Origin: a virus
IMG/VR virus record: IMGVR_UViG_3300015265_000006
Location: 1 to 41,630 of that record
Length of the DNA: 41,630 nucleotides
Reading direction: 5' to 3' (one strand)
Shown: positions 24,506-33,146 of the stretch, piece by piece
How positions within the stretch are numbered: the stretch's first letter is position 1
How the letters are laid out: each line of letters starts with the position of its first letter
Position numbers and translations under genes: made by a program
Notes under the pieces: model-generated
Database searches by the model: none
Told to the model about the DNA's origin: nothing
What the model saw: the letters and a program-made list of their open reading frames with translations, nothing else

Positions 24506-24565
24506 TGATTGTCCCCTATGGGATTCAGTTGCGAATGATTACGGACTGGCCCGTGAGGAACGCTT

Positions 24566-24856
24566 TCAAAGCCGCAAGCTCTCTTTTGCGCGCTCCATGA
24601 GCGTTTGCTGGTAGATCCGGTTCGACTCCGCCAGCTCGCCCGACTCCAGACTGGTCGTCAGCGCTGCCTTCAACCTGTCCAGAAGCTTGAGCGTCAGGAA
24701 GATCTTTTCCCTTCCCTCCACGTCCCTTGCCGGTGAGGTTTGCCATGCGTTGGTCAACTCCTGCTTGATGCCTTCAAAGGCCCAGTTGAACGCCTCGTTT
24801 TCGAGGCACTCCCGAGCGCGATTGCCGTCATAGATCTGTTCTTCAAGCGTCGCCAT
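24566..24856 (-). CDS. Hypothetical head-module protein
   Basis: ATG 24856 (MATLEEQ...) is preceded by AGGAG. Overlaps the portal 3' end by 14 nt. Confidence 0.5.
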   Translation of the reverse strand: MATLEEQIYDGNRARECLENEAFNWAFEGIKQELTNAWQTSPARDVEGREKIFLTLKLLDRLKAALTTSLESGELAESNRIYQQTLMERAKESLRL

Positions 24857-27119
24857 TCGCTGGCTCCTGCTGTTCAAAATCCTGCGATGCCTTCATCTGC
24901 GCCGAGCTGAGCGTGGCCTGCTGTGCGATCTGCGCGACGGCGATCTTGGTTTCTGCGTCGAGTTCCGCCTTCCAGCGGTCGAACTCCAACTGCATCGCGA
25001 GCTGCTGGGTCTTCTGCTCGTCCTTCATCGCGTCGAGCTTGGCCTGTTGCTGGCTCTGCAGGGTCTTCTGGTCGGCCTCAACCTGCTGGCGGTTCGCGTC
25101 GACCTGCGCCTGCATGTTCATCTTGGCCGTTTCGAGCTGAAGCTCATGGTTGCGCTTAGCCTCGTCGAGCTGGGCGTTGTGCTGCAGCTCCATCTGCTTG
25201 AGCTGCATGCTGGCTTGAATCTTGGCCTGCTCGCCCTGCATTTGAGCATGAGCCTTCATTTGCTCAGGGTCAGGCTTGTCTTGCGGTGGCTGCTTGGCCG
25301 GGTCAGTGAAGAACTTGTCAGGACTCTTGAAGCCAAGTTGCTTGGCCAGCTCAGTCGCGGCGTTGAAGATGTTGTCAGGGGTAGCAATGCCGATCTGCAT
25401 GCCCTGTGCCTGGATGGCGCCTAGCATCTGCAGGTGCTGGATCTTCTGATCTTTGTTGCCAGTGCCAATGCCGACGTTGATGCACACGTCAAACTGGTTG
25501 CTCCACTCGCGCGGGTCGATTGGCACCCAGCCGCCGGTCAGCTTCACGATCTGCTCTTTCTGCTGGTACTGGCAGACCAGCTTGAGGATCAGCTTGAACA
25601 GGTCGACGTAGCCCTCGGAGAAGTTACGGGCGATCAGGTCGAGGCGCATGTCGGCGCGGTTGGTGATGACGTTCACGCCGGTCGCGGTGTCGTTCAGCGA
25701 ACCACTGTCATTGCCTTGGCTATAGCGCGTCCAGCCGGTCTTGTTCTCCAAGTCCTGCTGCATGTACTCCATCATCTGCATGGAGTTGCCAATGTCTGGT
25801 GCGCCCTGATCGAGACGGCCTACAGCGCCTTGGCGCTTGATCCGCACGACACCACCCGGGCGCGAGGTCAGCAGGTCGTCAAGGTTCACCTGCCCTTCTT
25901 CGGCAAAGTACCGGCCATTGACGGCCAGATACATGTTGTCGAGCTGGGCACGCAGAATGCTGGTCTTGGTCTTCTGGCTTTCCATGGCCAAGTCAGCGAT
26001 GGACAGGCCGAAGAACTGGTGCGGAAGCGGGACTGGCGTGATCGACACGAACGGAATGCAATCGACCGGTTCGTTGTCCAGCAGCGTGTTGCCGGCCATG
26101 GTGACCTTGCGCAGCTCGGCAATGCCATCGCCGTCATAGTCGCAGCGCATGTAGGCCTCAAGCACCCACACGTTGTTCTGGCTTTCTTCGTTCGACGCAT
26201 CGTTGTCGATGTAGGCGTTCCAGCTCACTCGCTGAATACGCTCCGAGTTCATGGCCTGACCCGAATCTTCAGAGCCAAGATCATCCACGTTCTTGTAGCC
26301 CATGGACTTCAGCTCAGACTTGGTGCGCTGTACCCTGTGGGCTACGAACTTGGCCGTCTCGATGTCCTTGGCGTTGCGGGCGATCAGGAACTCTTCTGGC
26401 GGGACGTTATCGATGCAGATCTTGCCGGCCTTGTTGGTTCGCTTGCAGACCACGTCGTACACCATCACCGGTGGCTTAGACTCGATCTGCTGGATTTGCT
26501 GCATCACCTGAGGCGCGGACTGCGGCTGAGCCTGTGCCTGCTGCATCAACTGCATGATGGCCTGCTGGCGTTGCTCCTGATCGTCCTCGTCGACGCGGAT
26601 GTTCTGCTCGACGACCTCCACCTCGTCATCTTCCAGCAGCTGGGTCAACTCCACCTCGGAAAGCCCGCGATATTCTTCTCGGGTTTCCTCATGGCGGGTG
26701 TCCCACCAGACCTTGATGATGCCGTTCTTCTGCAGCAGCGCGTCCTTCATCCATGTGTAAGCGATGCGGTGACCGTTGTTCTTCTTGTAGAACAGGTAGT
26801 TGACGTATTCAGTGGCCTGCTCGGCCTTCTGCTCATCGCCGGGCTTGGTCGCTTCGAACTCGGCCACAGTGTCGGAGCCGACGAAAGTCACCATGAGCTG
26901 GGGCAGCATTGATTCGATAGTGTCCCGCACGTCAGTCGAGACAACCGACGAGCGCCCATCCACCTCTGGCGGCGACAAGTCACCAACCGGCATGCCGAGG
27001 TAGTAGTACATCGACTTCTGACGCTGCATGCTCAGCTTGGACGATGAATACCCAAGCGACTGGCGCATCTCGGCCCCGACCAGGGCTTTGAGTTCGTCCT
27101 CGGTCAGACCCTTTGTCAT
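24843..27119 (-). CDS. Portal protein with long C-terminal coiled-coil (barrel-like) extension
   Basis: 758 aa, directly downstream of terL. The C-terminal 150 aa or so are Q/A/K/E-rich heptads. Confidence 0.8.
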   Translation of the reverse strand: MTKGLTEDELKALVGAEMRQSLGYSSSKLSMQRQKSMYYYLGMPVGDLSPPEVDGRSSVVSTDVRDTIESMLPQLMVTFVGSDTVAEFEATKPGDEQKAEQATEYVNYLFYKKNNGHRIAYTWMKDALLQKNGIIKVWWDTRHEETREEYRGLSEVELTQLLEDDEVEVVEQNIRVDEDDQEQRQQAIMQLMQQAQAQPQSAPQVMQQIQQIESKPPVMVYDVVCKRTNKAGKICIDNVPPEEFLIARNAKDIETAKFVAHRVQRTKSELKSMGYKNVDDLGSEDSGQAMNSERIQRVSWNAYIDNDASNEESQNNVWVLEAYMRCDYDGDGIAELRKVTMAGNTLLDNEPVDCIPFVSITPVPLPHQFFGLSIADLAMESQKTKTSILRAQLDNMYLAVNGRYFAEEGQVNLDDLLTSRPGGVVRIKRQGAVGRLDQGAPDIGNSMQMMEYMQQDLENKTGWTRYSQGNDSGSLNDTATGVNVITNRADMRLDLIARNFSEGYVDLFKLILKLVCQYQQKEQIVKLTGGWVPIDPREWSNQFDVCINVGIGTGNKDQKIQHLQMLGAIQAQGMQIGIATPDNIFNAATELAKQLGFKSPDKFFTDPAKQPPQDKPDPEQMKAHAQMQGEQAKIQASMQLKQMELQHNAQLDEAKRNHELQLETAKMNMQAQVDANRQQVEADQKTLQSQQQAKLDAMKDEQKTQQLAMQLEFDRWKAELDAETKIAVAQIAQQATLSSAQMKASQDFEQQEPANGDA

Positions 27120-27128
27120 TTCGTGCCC

Positions 27129-28388
27129 TTATGCGTTGTTGAGCTTGCGATAGTTGAGCTGGCCGCCCCACTCGTCGTTGCTGAGCTGGTCAGCCACAAG
27201 TGCGAGGTAGCGCATAACGTCCGCACCGTGGCTGTACTCGTCATGCAGCGGCGCGCCCGGTTCGTTGGTCTGTTGGTTGATCTGCCGGCGGTAGCGCTTC
27301 AAGCACTCCACGAGGCGAGCCGTGCGGTCACGGTTGAAGTAGGTGCGAGGGAAGACCTCGCGAACCCGGTTGATGCCCTGCTCAACGTGCATGTTCGGCA
27401 CAGGCATCACAGTCCATCCAAGCTGGCCCATGACCTCGGCGTCTGACTTGCCGCTCTGGTGGCGCTTGTGATAGCCGTCGTGTGGCAGATAGACGTTGCC
27501 CCAGTTCATTGGCTGATCATCCAACTTAAGCTCTTTCAGCTCAGCGCTGTACTCAGCCAGCGTGCGCTGATGACCTTCGATGTAGTGAACGATGCGGATC
27601 TCGCCGGCCATCTTCTGGGCCAGTATGATCGTCATCGCATCGTTCCAACCAAGGTCAAAGATGACGTGTGTCTTCAGCAGCCCATCGTGCGGCACGTTGG
27701 CGATGCGCGACTCGGTCTGGCTCATCTGTTCAAAGTAGATGGCGCCTTCAACTGCCGGCATGCACTTACCTTCCCAGATGTGAGCGTATTGTTCTGGCTT
27801 CATGGTCGCCTGAGCGTGCAAGCGCTCCTGCTCCAGCACTGCGGGGAACCATGGGTTGTCATTGTAGTTCATCAGCACTGACACACAGTCAGGCGCAGGC
27901 TTGGTCACGAAGCGCTCGTGCGTCTCGTCAGACTCAAGCTGAGGGTTGTACGTGACCCAGATCTCAGAGCCCGGCTTGCGAATGGTCGGGAGCAACACGT
28001 CCCAACTCTTCTTCACTACCGCGTGCGCTTCCTCGATCCAGACAATGTCGACGCCCTCGTAGGACTTGATCGAATCGACTGTATGTTGCTGTAGGCCGGC
28101 GAAACTGAACTCAGTCCCGTTCTTGCCCTTGATGTAGGCCTGCTGAACCTCGTAGAAGCCACCCAGCTTTAGGCTGGCGATCTGATCGGCCAGAAGCTTG
28201 TGTACCGAGTCAGCAATGCTCTTCTGGATCTCACGAGTGCACAGGATGCGCATCGGCTTCTGTGCGCCCTGGATCAGCAGCGATCTGGCAAAGCTCCATG
28301 ACTTCCCGCTGCCTCGCCCGCCGTACGCCACCTTGTACCGGTGCGGCTCGAACAGGAACGCGAGCTTGTCGGGGAACTCAATTGCCAT
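27129..28388 (-). CDS. terL: Terminase large subunit (PBSX/Terminase_3 type)
   Basis: Walker A ...YGGRGSGKSWS..., ...ILCTREIQKSI..., and the nuclease half. Confidence 0.9.
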   Translation of the reverse strand: MAIEFPDKLAFLFEPHRYKVAYGGRGSGKSWSFARSLLIQGAQKPMRILCTREIQKSIADSVHKLLADQIASLKLGGFYEVQQAYIKGKNGTEFSFAGLQQHTVDSIKSYEGVDIVWIEEAHAVVKKSWDVLLPTIRKPGSEIWVTYNPQLESDETHERFVTKPAPDCVSVLMNYNDNPWFPAVLEQERLHAQATMKPEQYAHIWEGKCMPAVEGAIYFEQMSQTESRIANVPHDGLLKTHVIFDLGWNDAMTIILAQKMAGEIRIVHYIEGHQRTLAEYSAELKELKLDDQPMNWGNVYLPHDGYHKRHQSGKSDAEVMGQLGWTVMPVPNMHVEQGINRVREVFPRTYFNRDRTARLVECLKRYRRQINQQTNEPGAPLHDEYSHGADVMRYLALVADQLSNDEWGGQLNYRKLNNA

Positions 28389-28902
28389 TGGATGGCTTGA
28401 CGAACTGGATTGTCAGGCTTGCGTCGGCTGATTCGCCACCTTCAGGCTCAGCATCAATGTTGTAGGCCTGACGCTGCGCCTTGATCACCTTCAGCTGTGC
28501 ATCAACACCAGCGTTCAACGAGCGGGCAAAGTCACCGTGCGTCTTCTCATCGATGTCGGCCTCAGCCAAGAACACGCTGAGCTTGGTTGCAATGACCTGC
28601 CACAGCGCCAAACTGCCTCGGTGAGCGAGGATCAGTGACGCTGCCTTGTCCGACGCCTCAGCAACAATCGAGGCCTCAGTAACCAATGAGTCCTCAGTGG
28701 TGCCGATGGTTACCGATTTGGTTACCTTGCGCTGAGTCGCCGCTCTGACCTGCTCAGTCAGGTCTCGCTCCCACCCGTGCTTCTTGGCCCGCTTCAGGAT
28801 CGTGGCGTGGTTTGCAGCATGCAACTCACCAATGGCTCGGATCGAAAGAGAACCAGCCCGGTAGGCGCGTTCAATCGCCTCCCAATCAGGCTTGGCTGTC
28901 AT
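28378..28902 (-). CDS. terS: Terminase small subunit
   Basis: N-terminal HTH ...SLSIRAIGELHAANHATILKRAKKHGW.... Overlaps terL. Confidence 0.7.
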   Translation of the reverse strand: MTAKPDWEAIERAYRAGSLSIRAIGELHAANHATILKRAKKHGWERDLTEQVRAATQRKVTKSVTIGTTEDSLVTEASIVAEASDKAASLILAHRGSLALWQVIATKLSVFLAEADIDEKTHGDFARSLNAGVDAQLKVIKAQRQAYNIDAEPEGGESADASLTIQFVKPSNGN

Positions 28903-28917
28903 GTTGTATTCCTTCTG

Positions 28918-29100
28918 TTACTCGGAGCCGATCAGCTTTTGCTCATCGATCACTTCAAACTCACCTTCTACGAACTGCTGCTTGCAGAATTCTGGAGGTT
29001 CTTGACCAAAAGCGCGGTACTGCGCGGCTAGCTGTGAATTGGCGCAGTCCTGCATGTGTTCTTGCTGGTCCTTGTAAACCTTGTGAGATATCGATCCCAT
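28918..29100 (-). CDS. Hypothetical small protein
   Basis: 60-61 aa. ATG 29100 or GTG 29103. Confidence 0.45.
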   Translation of the reverse strand: MGSISHKVYKDQQEHMQDCANSQLAAQYRAFGQEPPEFCKQQFVEGEFEVIDEQKLIGSE

Positions 29101-29258
29101 CACTCAACCTCTTTGTAACGCGTGACTTGCTTGGCCTGAGCGCGGATGACGTCTTTGTCGACCTCAAGCCCAGTCATGTAGGCGAATGCGTAGACAGCGT
29201 GAACGTAGGCGCGGAACCACCATGGAAGGTAGGCGCGGACGTTTATCTGGCGAGGCAT
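29100..29258 (-). CDS. Hypothetical small protein
   Basis: 52 aa from the internal ATG 29258 (MPRQINVRAYLPWWF...). The track start at 29309 overlaps the upstream gene. Confidence 0.4.
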   Translation of the reverse strand: MPRQINVRAYLPWWFRAYVHAVYAFAYMTGLEVDKDVIRAQAKQVTRYKEVE

Positions 29259-29259
29259 G

Positions 29260-29463
29260 TCACGCGGCCGGCTCTTGCTTGATGATGCGGCCAAGGATGA
29301 CTGCAGCACCGAGGAATGCGTTCACAGTGGAGAACACGCCGGGCGATACGACGCCTTGCAGAGCTGGCCAGTAGGTGGCGGCAGCGTTCAATGCAACGAG
29401 GACTGCAGCGATCTGAACGCTGTACAGCTTCCAGAGCTGAGACCATTGTGGGATGAGGTTCAT
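29260..29463 (-). CDS. Two-TM small membrane protein of the lysis region (holin-associated)
   Basis: 67 aa, MNLIPQWSQLWKLYSVQIAAVLVALNAA...GAAVILGRIIKQ. The pattern is recalled from phage lysis cassettes. Confidence 0.6.
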   Translation of the reverse strand: MNLIPQWSQLWKLYSVQIAAVLVALNAAATYWPALQGVVSPGVFSTVNAFLGAAVILGRIIKQEPAA

Positions 29464-29476
29464 GGCGAACTCCGAA

Positions 29477-29890
29477 TTACTGAGGATTGATCGAGCCGGT
29501 GACGGTCTTCTTCAGCTCCGTAAGATCCGTGGCGAGTTCAGCCAGATCCTTGTCCTTGCGATTCTCGGCCCACTTGAACCAGGCGCGAACCAATACCCAT
29601 GCTGGAAGGCCGCAGACGAAGATGATGCCGCCTATAGCGATCAGACCGATATCGTCATGCGCCCAACCTCCAAGATCGAACCAGCGCACCACGAAGGCGC
29701 CTCCGCAGATGCTGGAGACGGTTGTACTGATCATCGCGACAACGAACTCGCGAACAGTCTTGGGCAGCGTCATCGCCATCACGACAATGGCAGCCAGCAC
29801 AGCGACGAACCCAAAGGCGCCGAGCTTGTAAAGCGCGATGCCACCCAAAGCGGTAAACGGGCCGGGTTCTGACATGGCTTGCGATCTCAT
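29477..29890 (-). CDS. Holin (multi-TM) with possible dual start (ATG 29890 MRSQAM..., ATG 29875)
   Basis: 3-4 hydrophobic helices and a charged C-terminus. First gene after the late terminators. GAGG Shine-Dalgarno sequence precedes 29890. Confidence 0.65.
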   Translation of the reverse strand: MRSQAMSEPGPFTALGGIALYKLGAFGFVAVLAAIVVMAMTLPKTVREFVVAMISTTVSSICGGAFVVRWFDLGGWAHDDIGLIAIGGIIFVCGLPAWVLVRAWFKWAENRKDKDLAELATDLTELKKTVTGSINPQ

Positions 29891-29920
29891 AGGCGCCTCG
29901 TTGGTCTCGGCGTTGGGGGA

Positions 29921-29944
29921 TAAAAAAGGCGCCGGGTGGGCGCC
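29921..29944 (-). terminator. Intrinsic terminator (second of a tandem pair) upstream of the holin gene
   Basis: GGCGCC (29928..29933) / GGCGCC (29939..29944) stem. U-run on the minus strand (plus-strand A6 29922..29927). Confidence 0.7.
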
Positions 29945-29982
29945 AAAGTCCGCTGGGGAGCGGAGTGCGGGAAATAAATCAG

Positions 29983-30147
29983 CTAGTGAACGGTGTTGGT
30001 GTCTCGGATGCTTTGGGCGAGCAGGTCAGTCGCGGCCTTGGCGAATGTATCAGCGAGCTTCGTCATGCCGCTCTCCTTGCACTGCGATGCCGTAGCCGCG
30101 AGACACTGGGCAATCTCGATGAGCTTGGCGTCGACGGTTACTGTCAT
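29983..30147 (-). CDS. Small helical protein (54 aa, MTVTVDAKLIEIAQCLAATASQCKESG...) bracketed by two terminators
   Basis: Hand-translated. GAGGTAGG Shine-Dalgarno sequence 3 nt before the ATG. Below the track cutoff. Confidence 0.5.
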   Translation of the reverse strand: MTVTVDAKLIEIAQCLAATASQCKESGMTKLADTFAKAATDLLAQSIRDTNTVH

Positions 30148-30171
30148 GGCCTACCTCGTGGATTGCGGGCA

Positions 30172-30198
30172 TAAAAAAGCCCCGCACTGTGGCGAGGC
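30172..30198 (-). terminator. Intrinsic terminator (tR'-like), about 200 nt downstream of the putative late promoter
   Basis: Stem 30179..30185 / 30192..30198. The one mismatch becomes a G-U pair only in the minus-strand RNA. U-run from plus-strand A6 30173..30178. Confidence 0.7.
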
Positions 30199-30383
30199 TT
30201 GGAATTGGTTGCACGCACCTTGTACTCGCTAGCGGCGTGCCGGCGCTGTTTGGTGCAGATGGCCGGCGCTGATCTCCGGCTTCACGGGTTTTTCACCGCA
30301 CGTACGAGTCACAATGACCGCGTACTCGCGCATCAGCCTGCGCATTCATCTGCTTTCGAAGCGGTAAAACCGCATCTTTGGGC

Positions 30384-30412
30384 AATATGCCATTCGGAAG
30401 TTAACACGTCAA
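30384..30412 (-). promoter_or_regulatory. Putative late promoter PR' (Q-dependent)
   Basis: Minus strand: TTGACG (30412..30407), 17 nt spacer, CATATT (30389..30384). Lies downstream of the Q operon end. Confidence 0.55.
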
Positions 30413-30422
30413 GTGGATTGAC

Positions 30423-30773
30423 CTATTTATGCACATATTGTGATGCGTACAGATCGCGCTGTTTCTTCTTCTCATGGTCTGCGACAGCAAGCACGATGGC
30501 GCGCCTCATAGACTGGGCGCGATCGCGCCCAGTCACTGCCTCTCTCCACCCATAGTTTGTTACAGCTATGCACGTATAGTCTGCGCTGGCGTCTGCCTGG
30601 ATATGCAACGCCAAAGCAAGGCGGAACGCATCGCCGTCGTCCTCTAGCGGGTTCCAGTAGTAAGGGGCATTGTGCGGAGCGGATACCTCAAGCCCGCACT
30701 GGAAATCGTAGTGACCGGTAGCCCTCAGGCCGGCAGCATTCGCGGCCATTTCCAGCAATTCACGATCAGTCAT
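30423..30773 (-). CDS. Conserved phage hypothetical protein (...YYWNPLEDDGDAFRLALAL...)
   Basis: 116-aa ORF, ATGA-coupled to Q. Confidence 0.6.
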   Translation of the reverse strand: MTDRELLEMAANAAGLRATGHYDFQCGLEVSAPHNAPYYWNPLEDDGDAFRLALALHIQADASADYTCIAVTNYGWREAVTGRDRAQSMRRAIVLAVADHEKKKQRDLYASQYVHK

Positions 30774-31129
30774 GCCGCCACCCTCATTTCAAGACAAGCC
30801 TCAATGTACGCGTGCCCGGCGATGATGTACTCGCGCACCTTTAGCCGAGATTCACCTACTTCCTTGCCTACGTCCGCCATGGTTTTGTCCAGACCGCGAT
30901 AGTACACCCGAACGCACTCGGCCATCTTGGCATGCTTGCGGGCCATGCGGGCGACGAAGTGGTCAACCATCATAGCTTCCTCGTCCGTGATGTCTGCAGT
31001 AGGGAAACTGTCGAACTGCTCCACGTTGTCGCGCATCAGGACGTAGGAAGGTGACGTGCAGCGCGGGATGCCGACCTGTTGGCGGCTCCAGCGGCCCCAG
31101 TGGGTAAGAAGGTCTTCGGCGTCTCTCAT
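30770..31129 (-). CDS. Q: Late antiterminator Q (Phage_antitermQ type)
   Basis: MRDAEDLLTHWGRWSRQ...DEEAMMVDHFVARMARK...YY...ESRLKVREYI... parallels 21/82-type Q proteins as I recall them. ATG 31129 is ATGA-coupled. The track start at 31216 is rejected. Confidence 0.75.
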   Translation of the reverse strand: MRDAEDLLTHWGRWSRQQVGIPRCTSPSYVLMRDNVEQFDSFPTADITDEEAMMVDHFVARMARKHAKMAECVRVYYRGLDKTMADVGKEVGESRLKVREYIIAGHAYIEACLEMRVAA

Positions 31130-31311
31130 TCCGAATCCTTCTTTTCGAAGAAGCCACTCCCAGAAACCTTGCCGCAACGCTTGCACCAGTCTGCTGGGAT
31201 ATAACGAAGCGCCCAACCTTTCAAAGCGCCAGACATTATTTTGGAACCCATATCGTTGATAACCATAACTTTTTCAACATCATGGCCTTTAAAAAGACAT
31301 TTGATATTCAT
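31126..31311 (-). CDS. Small zinc-ribbon protein (DUF1660-like: CLFKGH...CKRCG), low GC
   Basis: 61 aa from ATG 31311. ATGA overlaps on both sides. Locally AT-rich. Confidence 0.55.
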   Translation of the reverse strand: MNIKCLFKGHDVEKVMVINDMGSKIMSGALKGWALRYIPADWCKRCGKVSGSGFFEKKDSE

Positions 31312-32447
31312 GCGGCTACCTCTTTCAACATGGACGGGTGAACGGTGTGGCGCGCGACTTCGCCGTGCTCGCGGTGCAGGACGATTGCCTTCATGTTCTG
31401 GCGCGATCTCCAGCCGCCTGCGTGCGCGTAGCTGTCGCCCGGTGCCAGGGTGTTGAAGGACTCGACGGTGCAGCCAGGGTATTCCTTCTTGCTTTCGTGG
31501 TGGATGTGGCCTGTCCACCAGTAGCGATGCTCGGTATCGCCCCAGTCCTTGGCACGGTCGGTCGCCATGACGCCCGGCAGCTTGTCGGCCTTACTGGTGT
31601 GGCCGTGGTGCATGCCGATCAGGTTGTTGCCCCAGCGGTAGTAGCTGAAGACGCTTGGCGAGACTTCGACGGTGACGCGCGGCTCGTTTTTGTAGACATG
31701 GGCAAACAGACGACTCAACCAGACGGCGCCGGTCTCATCGTGGTTCCCGATGACGTTAACCACGTGCACGAACTTGTGCTTCGTTAGTGCCGACTCAATG
31801 CACTGGCGCATGGCGAGTATCAGGATGTCGACCATCTTGGCGTAGCGGCTGTCTGCGTCCAGGTGGTGGCCAGTGCGTGGCGTTACGGCAGCCATGGAAT
31901 CGTAGTGAGCTGCGTCACCGAGATTGACAATGATTGCCGTCTCAGTCGGCGGTGCAGACTCAACCAGCGAAGCCATGGCCGCACAGTGCACGCGCTCGGC
32001 AATGCTGAGGTCCCAGTCTTCTCCACACTCGGCGGCCCAAATGTACTCCCCGAAGTGCGGATCGCCGATTGGGTAGGCAGTCATCAGGTCAGGCAGGTAG
32101 TTGCCAGCGAATGGTCGCGCCGGTACGTGAGGCAAATCCTTTACCGCGGCGTCACATGAGGCCCGAATAAGTGCCTCCAATGCTTCGCTGTCAGTATTTG
32201 TCTTGACCCAAGAAAGCAGCGGCTCGGTTTCTCCGCGGCGCATGAGCTGGGAAGTTCCGCGGATCTTGAGGAATGGCGGCAGCTTTGACTCGATGTGCAT
32301 CTCCGGGATGTGGCCCTTCAATGCAAGCTTTGCCTTGCGGCGCTCGATGCTGCGGCGATCCATATCGAAGTGCTTGGCTGTCTGGCCGACACTCATGGTC
32401 TGGAAGGCTTCGATCAGCTGCTCGTCGGTTACTTTGCGCTCAGCCAT
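31308..32447 (-). CDS. Calcineurin-like metallophosphoesterase with N-terminal HTH-like region
   Basis: GDPHFG, NLGDAAHYD, GNHD, MHHGH and GHIHH motifs in canonical order. N-terminal ...SVGQTAKHFDMDRRSIERR.... Confidence 0.75.
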   Translation of the reverse strand: MAERKVTDEQLIEAFQTMSVGQTAKHFDMDRRSIERRKAKLALKGHIPEMHIESKLPPFLKIRGTSQLMRRGETEPLLSWVKTNTDSEALEALIRASCDAAVKDLPHVPARPFAGNYLPDLMTAYPIGDPHFGEYIWAAECGEDWDLSIAERVHCAAMASLVESAPPTETAIIVNLGDAAHYDSMAAVTPRTGHHLDADSRYAKMVDILILAMRQCIESALTKHKFVHVVNVIGNHDETGAVWLSRLFAHVYKNEPRVTVEVSPSVFSYYRWGNNLIGMHHGHTSKADKLPGVMATDRAKDWGDTEHRYWWTGHIHHESKKEYPGCTVESFNTLAPGDSYAHAGGWRSRQNMKAIVLHREHGEVARHTVHPSMLKEVAA

Positions 32448-32722
32448 TATTGAGCCTCCGCGAGTGCTTCAGCCTTCAGGGCGGCGTAAGCAACACAGTC
32501 TTCGGCGGAATCAGCGTGGTAGGCCGGGTTCTGCCATTGGCGCACGTCCTTCAGGATCTGAAGCAGAAGCCACCCTTCCGCCTCGGTCAGGGATTGGCCG
32601 GTGATGGTGTTGAACGCGCTCACAGTGGTCGCCATGCTGCGCTCGCCTTCTGGCTTGTCGTACTGCTTGCCGCGTTCCAGCATGAGAGCCTGGGCCTTAC
32701 CGAGAAATTCGTGCGCTTTCAT
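32447..32722 (-). CDS. Conserved phage protein (DUF6378-like, ...RGKQYDKPEGERS...LKDVRQ...HADSAEDCVAYAAL)
   Basis: 91-aa ORF. Family recalled by pattern only. Confidence 0.55.
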   Translation of the reverse strand: MKAHEFLGKAQALMLERGKQYDKPEGERSMATTVSAFNTITGQSLTEAEGWLLLQILKDVRQWQNPAYHADSAEDCVAYAALKAEALAEAQ

Positions 32723-32922
32723 GCTGAAACCCTCTGTTTCGATTCAAGATGTGTGACGCATGCGGCCTTGGCGGCCTTTTCGTTCTCGCCGGAGTAGAGA
32801 ATCTTCGAGGCAGGCGCTGGTGTTCTGGCGATGAAGGCGTTGGTCGACTGCATCCGGTACCGGCTGACCAGATAGCCTTCCTCGGACGAGAGGCAGTTGG
32901 TGCTGATGCCTTTCCAGTTCAT
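32719..32922 (-). CDS. Hypothetical protein
   Basis: 67-aa ORF, ATGA-coupled. Confidence 0.5.
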   Translation of the reverse strand: MNWKGISTNCLSSEEGYLVSRYRMQSTNAFIARTPAPASKILYSGENEKAAKAACVTHLESKQRVSA

Positions 32923-33146
32923 GGCTTCACCTCGTCAGCAGTATTTTCACGCCACTGGTATTGGCAGGTGCGGCAGTGCTTGCGCAGATGATCTTTTGCG
33001 GCTAAATGCTGCCAGTAGAAGTCGTATTCGTTGGATGTCACGAATTCGTCCTCAATCTTGCGTCGACCTGAATGATCAATGAGGTTGCCTTTTGGCGTGA
33101 ATGTCACCCACAGATCAACGCCAGAGCATTTCGGGCACTTGCTCAT
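32919..33146 (-). CDS. Zinc-ribbon protein (MSKCPKCSG...CRTCQYQW)
   Basis: 75 aa from the internal ATG 33146. ATGA-coupled to the upstream micro-ORF. Confidence 0.55.
   Translation of the reverse strand: MSKCPKCSGVDLWVTFTPKGNLIDHSGRRKIEDEFVTSNEYDFYWQHLAAKDHLRKHCRTCQYQWRENTADEVKP

Noticed and set aside
21521-24508. Long plus-strand ORFs (21521..22534, 337 aa; 22565..24508, 647 aa), and likewise 25434..26912 (492 aa)
   Set aside because: They lie antisense to the capsid, scaffold, portal and neighbouring genes, which have clear family signatures. Their products are low-complexity R/G/H/L/V-rich strings with no motifs. These are typical shadow ORFs of GC-rich DNA.
30770-31518. Longer versions of Q (start 31216) and of the small ORF (start 31518)
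   Set aside because: Both extensions overlap the upstream genes out of frame. The internal ATGs at 31129 and 31311 form ATGA couplings and give family-typical N-termini.
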